DNA of 64,000 nucleotides from Bacteroidota bacterium (GCA_013288445.1 JABDBX010000001.1:4838-68837); one strand, 5' to 3'. Shown: positions 40,759 through 50,481, numbered from the stretch's first letter. The notes: a model not told the origin generated them from the letters alone. Numbers and translations: made by a program.

Positions 40759-40939
40759 GTGACGTTGACGAAATAAATACCACTATATGGCGAAGTTATT
40801 TTTCGTTTATGCGAGGCACAAAATCCACGAATAGTGCGCTATTTATCCCGATTAGTCCCGATAGCCATCGGGAGGATTGGGACGAAGCAGAAATGAAAAA
40901 GAACAAGTCAGATAGTGGTATTTATTTTGTCATCGTCAC
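40759..40939. mobile_element. MITE family C, copy 3 (inverted, 181 bp, with a nested palindrome insertion)
   Basis: TTA/TTA flanks; 24 bp longer than the other copies because of TCCCGATTAGTCCCGATAGCCATCGGGAGGATTGGGA. Confidence 0.87.
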
Positions 40940-40978
40940 TTAGATAGAACAAATTGCACCTGTAAATATAGATTTTAG

Positions 40979-41125
40979 TAGCCCCGGTCTTTAGACCGGG
41001 GTATAATTAGAAATACGGAGGCTTTAGCCGAAAAATACTCTCGCTGGAAAGTTCATGTTGTGTAATTTTGGCTAAAGCCAAATCATAATTAATAGCAATC
41101 CCTGGCCTAAAGTCCGGGGCAATTA
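40979..41125. repeat. Family A REP-like composite
   Basis: TAGCCCCGGTCTTTAGACCGGGG...GGCTTTAGCCGAA...TTGGCTAAAGCC...CTAAAGTCCGGGGCAATTA. Confidence 0.85.
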
Positions 41126-41152
41126 GTGTATAGTTTTATAAAGCAATAGCCA

Positions 41153-42550
41153 ATGACATTTAACTCGCTCCAATTCCTGGTTTTCTTCATGGTGGTGACA
41201 CTTTGGTACTTCAGGCTGAAGAACCAGAAGGGCCGTATCTGGCTCTTGCTTATTGCAAGCTGTTATTTTTATATGTCGTTCATTCCAGAGTATATACTCA
41301 TACTCGGCGGCACCATTATAGTAGATTATTTTGCCGGGCTGCTTATAGAAAAAAGCGAAGCCGGCAAACGGAAATTCTGGCTTATCACCAGCCTTATAGC
41401 CAATATAGGCGCGCTCGCTGTATTCAAATACTACAATTTTTTTATAGACAATATCCATACGGGCTTCTTGTTTTTTGGCAAACCGTTATCCCTGCCGTTG
41501 CTGAAAATGGCCTTACCCATTGGCCTTTCGTTCCATACCTTCCAGGCTATGAGTTATACCATAGAGGTATATAGAAGAAAGCAGGCCGCCGAAAGGAATT
41601 TTGTGGCTTATGCGCTCTATGTAATGTTTTATCCGCAGTTAGTGGCCGGCCCCATTGAGCGGCCACAAAATGTGCTCCCGCAGCTTAAAGAATTCAGGCC
41701 GTATAATTGGGACAACGTGAAGGAAGGGTTGGCCCGGATGCTGTGGGGCTTCTTCAAAAAAGTAGTTATTGCCGACAGGCTGGCAATGGTGGTAGAGCGC
41801 ACATATGGGCATGTACACGATAGCTCTTCGCTGGCCTTATTTACCGGTGCGGTGTTTTATTCGTTCCAGATCTATTGCGATTTTTCGGGCTACTCTGATA
41901 TTGCACTGGGCGCTGCAAAAGTGATGAACATACGGCTGATGGAAAACTTTAAACAGCCTTATCTGTCGCACAGTATCAGCAATTTCTGGACCAGGTGGCA
42001 TGTCTCGTTATCGAGTTGGTTCAGGGACTATGTGTACATTCCGTTGGGCGGCAATCGTAAAGGTGAGTGGCGGCGCAAGCTGAACGTAATGATCGTATTC
42101 CTGCTCAGTGGCTTGTGGCATGGCGCCAACTGGACCTTTGTAGTATGGGGGCTGCTACATGGGCTGCTGGTAATATTGCTGACAAGGAAAACACAGCAAG
42201 AGCCGGAGCGGAGAAACAAACTGATCAATGCCTTGTGGATGCTGTCAACTTTTATCCTGGTAACCTTCCTCTGGATATTTTTCCGGTCAGAGAATATTGG
42301 AGCGGCCTGGGCCTATATCAAAGAGATATTCGCACTCAGGGGTGGCTCAAATTATCTTGGCTTTAACAGCCGGAATGAGTTGTATTTTTCGATACTTGTA
42401 ATAGCGATAATGCTGTACCGGGAAAAGTTTCTGCCCGGGCATTTTATCACCAATAATATCCGGTTTTATTGTTTCACGGCAATGATGGTGCTGATCTGTT
42501 ATTTCTTTGGTGTATTTGCCGAGAACCAATTCATATACTTCCAATTCTAA
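41153..42550 (+). CDS. MBOAT O-acyltransferase (AlgI/PatA/DltB-like)
   Basis: LPIGLSFHTFQ, FYPQLVAGPIER, DFSGYSDIA, FWTRWHVSLSSWFRDYVYIPLGG, SGLWHGANW, FIYFQF end. Confidence 0.95.
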   Translation: MTFNSLQFLVFFMVVTLWYFRLKNQKGRIWLLLIASCYFYMSFIPEYILILGGTIIVDYFAGLLIEKSEAGKRKFWLITSLIANIGALAVFKYYNFFIDNIHTGFLFFGKPLSLPLLKMALPIGLSFHTFQAMSYTIEVYRRKQAAERNFVAYALYVMFYPQLVAGPIERPQNVLPQLKEFRPYNWDNVKEGLARMLWGFFKKVVIADRLAMVVERTYGHVHDSSSLALFTGAVFYSFQIYCDFSGYSDIALGAAKVMNIRLMENFKQPYLSHSISNFWTRWHVSLSSWFRDYVYIPLGGNRKGEWRRKLNVMIVFLLSGLWHGANWTFVVWGLLHGLLVILLTRKTQQEPERRNKLINALWMLSTFILVTFLWIFFRSENIGAAWAYIKEIFALRGGSNYLGFNSRNELYFSILVIAIMLYREKFLPGHFITNNIRFYCFTAMMVLICYFFGVFAENQFIYFQF

Positions 42551-42554
42551 AAAC

Positions 42555-43628
42555 ATGCTTAAAATAATAGCCAGCTATTTTTTTATTATTTTTGGTATTG
42601 CCACGTTGTGGGTATCCACTTCGCATAGTGTTATGGAGTATCTTTTGAACAAGCGGGATAACCATGAGTGGTGGGGATTAAACCAGCTTAACCACGGCGA
42701 CCTTGCCAGTATCTGCTACCTTGAATATTTAAACAAATTCGCCATAACGGATACCACCAGCCTTAAACACAGCCGGTACGATGGGCCTAAAAATACAGTA
42801 TTGTTCATACACGGAGATAGTTACTTAATGAATATACATGACTGGATATTTTCCGGGATAAGCTCGTTTAATCATGTAGGGTGGAATAACACGCTTCATT
42901 ACCACCTCGACACGTCCAAAAGAAATGTACTGGTTATAGAAGTGGCAGAGAGAACCGTGAGGAGTTATTTCGGGACAACAGAGATAATAGATGAATTGTG
43001 CGACACAACCATGCAGAAAAAAAGTACCGCCTTTCGGCCATGCTCAACAACGCAGGGAATAAGGTACAGTTCCTTTTTTACCGAGATCAGGGTATCAGAC
43101 TTTTTCAACAAATTCATCAACCAGAACCTGGAGTGCAACCTATTCAATTACAGGTTTATCATACCAATGTTTGGCGCCAAGGCAGCTATTAACTATTATT
43201 TATTCAGCAGGGCTTCCGGCGACGCAGTCATTTCAAAGAATAAGCAATTCCTGCTTTATAAACGCACACTGGACCGAACCGATATAAACAGTTCTTTCTG
43301 CCCTTTGAGCAAAGAAGAGATAACAAAGCTGGTAAACAACTTCAACACAATATATGATTACTATACAGCAACTGGTTTTAAGGAGATATACCTTTCTATA
43401 ATACCCAGCACAGTAACCGTTGTAGAGCCGGAAGGGTATAATAACCTCATCCCCGCCATACAAAATGACCCGAGGCTAAAAATGAAGGTGATCGATGCAT
43501 ACGATGTGCTGAAAAGATCGCCGGAAAAATATTTTCTGCGCGGCGATACCCACTGGAACGTTTACGGGCAACAAAAATGGGTGGACATGGTGAACGGGGT
43601 AATTACCAAAGAAGCAAATTCCAAATGA
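42555..43628 (+). CDS. AlgJ/AlgX-like SGNH O-acyltransferase, paralog 2
   Basis: HGDLASICYL, GDSY, GDTHWN; starts 4 bp after the MBOAT stop. Confidence 0.72.
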   Translation: MLKIIASYFFIIFGIATLWVSTSHSVMEYLLNKRDNHEWWGLNQLNHGDLASICYLEYLNKFAITDTTSLKHSRYDGPKNTVLFIHGDSYLMNIHDWIFSGISSFNHVGWNNTLHYHLDTSKRNVLVIEVAERTVRSYFGTTEIIDELCDTTMQKKSTAFRPCSTTQGIRYSSFFTEIRVSDFFNKFINQNLECNLFNYRFIIPMFGAKAAINYYLFSRASGDAVISKNKQFLLYKRTLDRTDINSSFCPLSKEEITKLVNNFNTIYDYYTATGFKEIYLSIIPSTVTVVEPEGYNNLIPAIQNDPRLKMKVIDAYDVLKRSPEKYFLRGDTHWNVYGQQKWVDMVNGVITKEANSK

Positions 43629-43716
43629 TAAATTCCAAATTCGAGGTGATTAATAGCAAGTATCAGATATCAGATGACAAAGAAGTACGCAGAAATATTT
43701 ATAGATAACGGATCCA

Positions 43717-44796
43717 ATGCTTAAAAAGATCGCCAGCTATTTTTTTATTGTTTTCGGCCTTGTTGTGCTGTGGGCTTCCACATCGCGCGAGGCAATGGCA
43801 TTTATCAGCAATGCAAGGGACAATAAATTTTGGTGGGGCACTTATCAATGCCTGCATGGCGACCTCGTAAGCATGTCTTACCTCGATTTTGTAAAAGCAT
43901 TTAATCCCCCCAACCCGCCGCGTCATGCGAAGCGCACGGCATACACCGGGACAAAAAACATAGCACTGTACTTAGACGGCGACAGTTATACCTGGCCTGT
44001 GCGCGATACAAACTTTGCCGGGGTGAGCGAGTATCACTTTATAGAACGCATCCATGGGGGCAGCTACCATTTAGATAGCTCGAAAAAGAACATACTCCTT
44101 ATCGAGATCTCGGAGCGGTACTTCTACAGCTATTTTTCTGGCCAGCAAATGATAAATGAAGTGCTTGATACAACCATCAAAAAGAAAAGTGTTTCCGGTA
44201 TCTTCCCTGTCACGGCGCCGAATCTTCTTTATGCTTCTCTTTTTACAGGCCTCACCACCACCACTTTCTTCAATAAGTACATTAACCAGAACCTGCAGGG
44301 CAATTTATTCAATTACAACTTTAGTATGCCCATGTTTGAGGCAAAGGCGGCACTCAACTACTACGTATTCAACCGGGCCTCCGGCGATGTGGTGATCTCT
44401 GACGACCGCAAGTTTCTGTTTCTTAAAGAAACCGTGGATAAGAACGACATCCACAGTTCATACAGGCCGCTGAATAATGACGAAATAACCATTCTTGTGA
44501 ATAATCTTAATGTGCTTTACGACCATTACAAGGCGGAGGGATTCAGCGAAGTGTACCTGTCTATTATACCCAACTCGGCAACAATACAGCAGCCCGAAGG
44601 ATATAACAAACTGATCCCTCGGATACAAGACGCCCCCAACCTGCGCATGAAAACAATCGATGCCTACACCACATTCAGAAAGACACGGCAGGTACTCTAC
44701 TGGCCCGGCGACACACACTGGAACTATGATGGCATGGAACTATGGCTGGACATAGTAAATGATCGCTTTATTAACGATTATGCCCTACACCAATAA
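43717..44796 (+). CDS. AlgJ/AlgX-like SGNH O-acyltransferase, paralog 3
   Basis: HGDLVSMSYL, GDSY, GDTHWN. Confidence 0.72.
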   Translation: MLKKIASYFFIVFGLVVLWASTSREAMAFISNARDNKFWWGTYQCLHGDLVSMSYLDFVKAFNPPNPPRHAKRTAYTGTKNIALYLDGDSYTWPVRDTNFAGVSEYHFIERIHGGSYHLDSSKKNILLIEISERYFYSYFSGQQMINEVLDTTIKKKSVSGIFPVTAPNLLYASLFTGLTTTTFFNKYINQNLQGNLFNYNFSMPMFEAKAALNYYVFNRASGDVVISDDRKFLFLKETVDKNDIHSSYRPLNNDEITILVNNLNVLYDHYKAEGFSEVYLSIIPNSATIQQPEGYNKLIPRIQDAPNLRMKTIDAYTTFRKTRQVLYWPGDTHWNYDGMELWLDIVNDRFINDYALHQ

Positions 44797-44911
44797 AAGT
44801 GACCTTTTGAAATGAGCTTTACAATTCTTCCAGACGAAATCTTAGTATCACATTTCAGCCTGTTTGCTTTATAACCGTTAGCGTTCCTTACTTTTGTTTA
44901 TATACAGGCCA

Positions 44912-46600
44912 ATGACTAATACAGCTTCAAAACCCACGCTTACCTTCCAGTCGCTCATTAAGAGCGAGTGGCGTGTATTTGCGTTGTTCTGGCTGATTAC
45001 TTTTGTGCTCTACCTGCCGGCGGCAAAGGCCGGCATGGTAGGCGATTTTTTTGGCTGGTTGCTTACTATCCGAACCGCGAGTTTCAGTGACTACGTGAAC
45101 AGGCCCGACTCCCTAAGCCTTTACCAGTTCACCCAATTGGTTACTTATGCCTACTACAAGATGTTTGGTGCGAACCCATGGGCATGGCATCTGCTCAATG
45201 TTACCCTTCATGCACTCAATTGCCTGCTCCTGTTCTCGCTCATGCGCCGCCTGTTTGAGGATTCGCACATAAAAGAGGCGGTAAATATTGCGCTGGGCGC
45301 AATATTGCTCTATTGCTTTGCGCCACACAATTCAGAAGTGATCGTGCATGAACCTTGCTTCCATTACCTGCTGGCCTTTCTTGTTTTCCTTTTGATCCTG
45401 CGCTGGGTACAGCAATTTCATCACACGCAAAAGAACAAGTATATATGGATGGCGGTGCTGCTCTACTTTCCCTCCACTTATGCCTTAGAGCTTTTTTACC
45501 TCACACCTTGGTTTGTGCTTACCTTGGCCATTTATTACCGGGTGGTGCTGGCTTACGACAAAGCCATTTTCAGAAAGGTGCTGCTTTGGTTTTTTGTGCC
45601 GCAGCTTGTGCTGTTCGGGCTTTATGAAGTGGCGCTCAGTACCATAATCCATATGCATGTAGCGCACGTGAACATCCACCTTGCGAAAAACGGGTTTGCC
45701 TATCTTACGAAGCCGCCGCAATACCTGTTCCACATGCTGTTTCTCGGCAGATATTTTCCTCTTGATTTCCGGCGGCAGGTTTATGCCTTTTGCGAAACAG
45801 CGATTGGCCTCGTTATTTTCTATAGCCTGGTAGCTGCCATATTGCTTTTATTTGTGACACGGATGCGCTGGGCAGGCATAAAAGCGAAGGTGGCAATATT
45901 GCTCTTTTTATGGACATTGTTTACGCTGGCTATTGTAGTGCCGCTCGACTTCCCGCAGCTACAGTTGGTACTGTTCGACCGATATACCTATTTTATGCTG
46001 CCCTTTATGTATGCAATGATGTTATTGCTACTAAGCATCATTCCCAATAGAAAGATAGCGGCCTTCATATTTGTGGGTTATGCGTGTGTCAATATCTACT
46101 TAACCGTGAAAACCAATTACTACTGGAAACGATCGGCATACATAGTGAACCGGTTGGTGAAAGAAGTACCTGATCCCGGCAACAAAACACTGATCCTCCT
46201 GAACCTGCCGGAGAATATGAACGGAATGCTGATGATAGGCTCGCAACCGACGAGCGTATGGAAGCTTGCCCACAACCTTTTCAGCGACCACAAAATTAAT
46301 ACTACAGTTTATGATGTTGCCTCGTACAACATGGTTTCCCCCGGCGATGGTGCGCATGTGAAAGTGCTGAACGACAGTACGCTCACTGTGACGCTGAATC
46401 AATGGGGCACCTGGTGGTGGTATAGGTACAGGGGCGCGGTAAGCTACGAGAATGACGACTACCGTCTGGAGATGAAAGATGTGGGCCACTGGTACCAGCT
46501 CACGCTAAAGCACCCGGCCAGTGAGTACATGCTACTGTACCAGAAAGCGGATATGTGGCGCGTGGTGGACTGGAATAAAAAGGACGAAGATCAAGATTGA
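44912..46600 (+). CDS. GT-C-like multi-pass membrane protein, paralog 2
   Basis: LYLPAAKAGMVGD, SLYQFTQ, APHNSEVI, DRY, VTLNQWGTWWW; TACTTTTG box at 44889-44896. Confidence 0.6.
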   Translation: MTNTASKPTLTFQSLIKSEWRVFALFWLITFVLYLPAAKAGMVGDFFGWLLTIRTASFSDYVNRPDSLSLYQFTQLVTYAYYKMFGANPWAWHLLNVTLHALNCLLLFSLMRRLFEDSHIKEAVNIALGAILLYCFAPHNSEVIVHEPCFHYLLAFLVFLLILRWVQQFHHTQKNKYIWMAVLLYFPSTYALELFYLTPWFVLTLAIYYRVVLAYDKAIFRKVLLWFFVPQLVLFGLYEVALSTIIHMHVAHVNIHLAKNGFAYLTKPPQYLFHMLFLGRYFPLDFRRQVYAFCETAIGLVIFYSLVAAILLLFVTRMRWAGIKAKVAILLFLWTLFTLAIVVPLDFPQLQLVLFDRYTYFMLPFMYAMMLLLLSIIPNRKIAAFIFVGYACVNIYLTVKTNYYWKRSAYIVNRLVKEVPDPGNKTLILLNLPENMNGMLMIGSQPTSVWKLAHNLFSDHKINTTVYDVASYNMVSPGDGAHVKVLNDSTLTVTLNQWGTWWWYRYRGAVSYENDDYRLEMKDVGHWYQLTLKHPASEYMLLYQKADMWRVVDWNKKDEDQD

Positions 46601-46647
46601 TCTGCCCTTAAGAACATGCTTATATTTGCTGGCACACAACATACCGA

Positions 46648-48348
46648 ATGGCCCAGACAGAACCAACATATAATGCCTCTTTAACCTCAGAACAACCCGT
46701 ACTGAAGAACGGCTGGATATTCGTTATTCTATGGGCATTGACATTCATCATTTACCTGCCGGCTGCAAAGGCTGGATGGGTGATTGACGCAGCGGGATGG
46801 CTGTACAACATCACGCACCTGAAGTTCTGGAACTATATCAATAACAGCCAGTCGGGTATAAACAGCCTGTACCAGTTTACTCAGTTCACTACCTATGTAT
46901 TCTTCCGGTTGTTTGGCGCTAATCCTTATGCCTGGCATACCCTACAGGTAACCATGCACGCCATCAACGGCTATCTTTTCTTTCTGCTATGCAACCGCCT
47001 GTTTAGCGATTCGGGCATAAAGAACGGAAGAAACATTGCCTTATGCGGGGTGTTGTTATACACTGTGTGTCCGCACATTTCCGAGGTCATTATTTGGGAA
47101 GCTGCTTATCATTATCTGCAGGGGTTTATGCTTATTCTTGCAATACTACTATGCGTGCAGAAATTCCAGCACACGCAACAAACGAAATATGCCTGGTTAG
47201 CTGGCATTGTTTATTTATGCTCCACCTATTCGCTGGAAATATTCTACCTCACGCCGTGGTTTGTCCTGTCGCTGGCCTTATACTACAGGTATGCAATTGG
47301 GTTTGACAAGAGCGCTTTGAAGAAAACCCTGTTTTGGTTTTTTGCACCCCAGCTTATCCTGTTCGGGCTGCATATTGCGGTCCTCCTATTGGCCTATGGC
47401 CATCATTTTGCGCACATCGCCGAAAATGTGGTGAAACCGATCTCCGTTTATCTGAACAGGCCGCCGCGTTATGTTTTTCACATCCTGCTGTTTGGCCGGT
47501 TCTTTTCTTTCGAGGTCCGGCATAAAGTATATAAGCTTGTGAGTTCTACCCCAGGTCTTGTTTTCTTCTACACAGTTTTCGTCCTTGTGTGTTGCTACCT
47601 CATTTGGCGGTTGAGAAAGATGGAGATAAAGGGAAAAGCAGGACTGTTACTGTTTGTATGGGTAATGATGTGCATGGTAATATTGCTGCCTATAGAGTTC
47701 CCCGAACTGCTGCTCGTGTTCTACGACCGTTATACCTACTTCATAGACGCCTTCATATTTATGCTACTGGCTTTACTGGCAAGCTACATCCCCAATAAGG
47801 CTGTAAGGATCTCGTTACTGGTAGGATATGGGCTAGTGAACCTCTATTTTACCACGCTGCTGAACCTGCAATGGAAGTACGCTACCTACGTGGACAACCG
47901 GCTGCTACACGAGCTACCTGATGCCGGTAACAAAACAGTGATCCTGCTAAATATTCCCGAGAATATGAATGGCGTGCCCATGATAGGCGCTCAGCCCGAA
48001 GGGGAGTACAAAACGATGCACGACCTGTTTGTTGGCACAAAAATACCGAACAAAATTTATGATGCCCAGTCGTTCAATATGCTCACCAAGGACGATGGCG
48101 CACATGTGACCGTGATAAACGATAGTGTAATAAACGTAACGCTAAACCAATGGGGTACCTGGTGGTGGTATGAGGGGCATGGGGGCAGGAGTTACGAAAA
48201 CGAAGATTACAGGCTGAACCTTGTTGATCTCGGGCATTGGTATGAACTTACGTTAAAACATCCGGCAGCTAATTACATGCTGTTATTCCAAAACGGAAGC
48301 ATGTGGCGGCAAGTGGACATGACTAAAAGAAATGTGGACCAGTATTAA
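46648..48348 (+). CDS. GT-C-like multi-pass membrane protein, paralog 3
   Basis: IYLPAAKAGWVID, SLYQFTQ, CPHISEVI, DRY, VTLNQWGTWWW; TATATTTG box at 46621-46628. Confidence 0.6.
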   Translation: MAQTEPTYNASLTSEQPVLKNGWIFVILWALTFIIYLPAAKAGWVIDAAGWLYNITHLKFWNYINNSQSGINSLYQFTQFTTYVFFRLFGANPYAWHTLQVTMHAINGYLFFLLCNRLFSDSGIKNGRNIALCGVLLYTVCPHISEVIIWEAAYHYLQGFMLILAILLCVQKFQHTQQTKYAWLAGIVYLCSTYSLEIFYLTPWFVLSLALYYRYAIGFDKSALKKTLFWFFAPQLILFGLHIAVLLLAYGHHFAHIAENVVKPISVYLNRPPRYVFHILLFGRFFSFEVRHKVYKLVSSTPGLVFFYTVFVLVCCYLIWRLRKMEIKGKAGLLLFVWVMMCMVILLPIEFPELLLVFYDRYTYFIDAFIFMLLALLASYIPNKAVRISLLVGYGLVNLYFTTLLNLQWKYATYVDNRLLHELPDAGNKTVILLNIPENMNGVPMIGAQPEGEYKTMHDLFVGTKIPNKIYDAQSFNMLTKDDGAHVTVINDSVINVTLNQWGTWWWYEGHGGRSYENEDYRLNLVDLGHWYELTLKHPAANYMLLFQNGSMWRQVDMTKRNVDQY

Positions 48349-48396
48349 TTTGCTGTACTTAGGGTTGCTGATTAAGTCAAACGTGCAGTGAAAATA

Positions 48397-48550
48397 ACCA
48401 CAAAGAACACTAAGTTAAATCACAAAGGACACTAACTGCGCTTTGTGATCCTTGTGTATTTCTTTGTGGCCTTCGTGGTAAAAAAGCAATTGCATGTATT
48501 AATGATCTTTGTGCCTTCTTTGCGTTTGCCTTTGCGTACTTTGCGTGAAA
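48397..48550. repeat. CACAAAG / CTTTGTG short-unit inverted repeat array
   Basis: ACCACAAAGAACACTAAG...CACAAAGGACAC pairs with CTTTGTGATCCTTGTG...CTTTGTGGCCTTCGTGGT; a further CTTTGCG run follows. Confidence 0.65.
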
Positions 48551-48580
48551 CTTTTATACTTTGTGAGGTAATTAATTCTA

Positions 48581-49918
48581 TTGGCAAGTAACAATACACA
48601 CACTTTAGAAAGGGGCTTATCCCTAAGCCAGGCCACCGCTATCAATATGATAGACATGGTGGGCATAGGGCCGTTTGTTACCATTCCTATGATCGTGGCC
48701 CTTATGCACGGGCCGGCAAGCATTATTCCCTGGCTGGTAGGCGCATTGCTTGCTTATATGGACGGCATGGTGTGGGCCGAACTGGGCGCTAAATGGCCGG
48801 AAGCAGGGGGTAGCTATGTATTTCTTAAAAAACTGTATGGCGAAAATAAAGGCGGCAGGCTGATGTCCTTTCTTTTCATCTGGCAAACAACCCTGCAGGC
48901 ACCACTTGTCATAGCCAGCGGGGCTATCGGCTTTTCACATTACTTTGCGTACCTCGTGCCGCTTACCGACATCCAGAAAAAAATGGTTAGTGGCGGACTG
49001 GTTATTTTATTGGTGGCATTGCTTTACCGCAACATAAAAAGCGTGGGTAAAATCTCCGTTCTGCTATGGTGCATTACGGGGGGTACCATACTGTGGCTTA
49101 TCCTTTCCGGCATCCCGCATTTCAATGCGGCCCAGGCTTTCAATATTCATTTTGAAGGCTTCAACAGCGCTTCGTTGCTTTATGTGGCCATAGGGCAGGC
49201 ATCACTTAAATCGGTTTACTCCTACCTGGGGTACTACAATGTGTGCCACCTGGGCGCCGAAATAAAAGACCCTGGAAAAAATATCCCGCGCAGCATATTC
49301 ATTTCCATTACCGGCATTGCGGTGCTTTATCTTGCCATGCAAACGGTAATAGTGGGCGTACTGCCTTGGGAAACCGTAGCCAAATCGGATTTTGTAGCTA
49401 GTATTTATTTCAGCCAGATTTATAACCATACGGTAGCGCAGGTGGCTACTGTGCTGATATTGATAATTGCCCTTGCTTCGCTTTTTTCAGCTATTCTCGG
49501 TTACTCCCGCATCCCTTATGCGGCCGCAGTTAACGGCGATTTTTTCAGCGCATTTGCAAAAGTGCATCCGCGGCATAAGTTCCCGCATGTTTCGCTCCTG
49601 GCCGTGGGTGGTGTAGGGTTTCTGTTCAGCCTTTTATTCAGACTGGGAGATGTGATTACGGCCATTCTTACTATGCGCATATTGGTGCAATTTGTTTCGC
49701 AGGCAGCTGGTCTTATAGCCTGGCGCTACAAAAAACCAAATGAAGAACGGCCTTACAAAATGCCCCTTTTTCCTATTCCGGCAGTGTTAAGCATCGCGGT
49801 GTGGTTGTTTATCTACTCGACTATAAAAAGCGAGTTTATTGAGGCATCGCTGGGAGTTATTGCAGTGGGGGCGGTTGCGTTCTTTGTGCGGGAGAAGTAT
49901 TTTAGGAAGGAGTTGTAA
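48581..49918 (+). CDS. APC family amino acid permease
   Basis: MVGIGPF, WAELG..PEAGGSYVF, YLGY...GAEIKDPGKNIPRS, SRIPYAAA. Confidence 0.93.
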   Translation: MASNNTHTLERGLSLSQATAINMIDMVGIGPFVTIPMIVALMHGPASIIPWLVGALLAYMDGMVWAELGAKWPEAGGSYVFLKKLYGENKGGRLMSFLFIWQTTLQAPLVIASGAIGFSHYFAYLVPLTDIQKKMVSGGLVILLVALLYRNIKSVGKISVLLWCITGGTILWLILSGIPHFNAAQAFNIHFEGFNSASLLYVAIGQASLKSVYSYLGYYNVCHLGAEIKDPGKNIPRSIFISITGIAVLYLAMQTVIVGVLPWETVAKSDFVASIYFSQIYNHTVAQVATVLILIIALASLFSAILGYSRIPYAAAVNGDFFSAFAKVHPRHKFPHVSLLAVGGVGFLFSLLFRLGDVITAILTMRILVQFVSQAAGLIAWRYKKPNEERPYKMPLFPIPAVLSIAVWLFIYSTIKSEFIEASLGVIAVGAVAFFVREKYFRKEL

Positions 49919-49940
49919 CCAGTTTAGAATTTAGATGGGA

Positions 49941-50077
49941 AAGTTTTGTGCATTTCGCAGATATCTTTCGCAAGTTCGATGGGCGATGCCCATCGCTATT
50001 AGATTATACCCTTTCAGGGCTTGACCCTGTGAACCAAAGCCTATTCAATAATGCGCAAAACTATGCCGTGCAAAGTA
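49941..50077. mobile_element. MITE family D copy with truncated left end
   Basis: Shares AGTTCGATGGGCGATGCCCATCGCTATTAGATT and the right end AAAACTATGCCGTGCAAAGTA|TA with 30160-30329. Confidence 0.72.
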
Positions 50078-50085
50078 TAAAATTT

Positions 50086-50481
50086 CTATTCTTCTTCATC
50101 GAAGTCCTCATCATCTTCCATTCCAAATTCTTTATGTACCTCCAGTATCGCTTTTATTATCCGCAAAGTTTTATGGTCAAACTCATCAATTAATTCATTT
50201 ATTTCTTGGCATATAGCTTCGTTCAGTGTCATCTTTCTTACCTCTGATAATGGGCGAAACCAATCCGGATATTTTTTCACCATTTCTTCATGCGGAATCC
50301 CCTTGCCCTCTTCGGCCTCTTTTATGGATTCGTCAATCATAATTTGTAATTCTTCAGGCATGTCGTCCCAGTCCATTACTAGTTCTATGTGCATTATCGC
50401 TTGCACCATACGAAGCGTTTTTTCGTCCGCTTCTTTCAAATACTGTGTCACTACTTCGCGCAAAACTTCTGTAGCTGTCAT
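50086..50481 (-). CDS. Orphan antitoxin-like protein with internal duplication
   Basis: Paralog of 51570-51830; WDDMPEEL...GKGIPHEEM addiction-module-like tail, then a second N-terminal-like repeat. Confidence 0.6.
   Translation of the reverse strand: MTATEVLREVVTQYLKEADEKTLRMVQAIMHIELVMDWDDMPEELQIMIDESIKEAEEGKGIPHEEMVKKYPDWFRPLSEVRKMTLNEAICQEINELIDEFDHKTLRIIKAILEVHKEFGMEDDEDFDEEE

Noticed and set aside
43610-43682. Short repeats AAATTCCAAAT x2 and TATCAGA x2
   Set aside because: Too few units to call an element.
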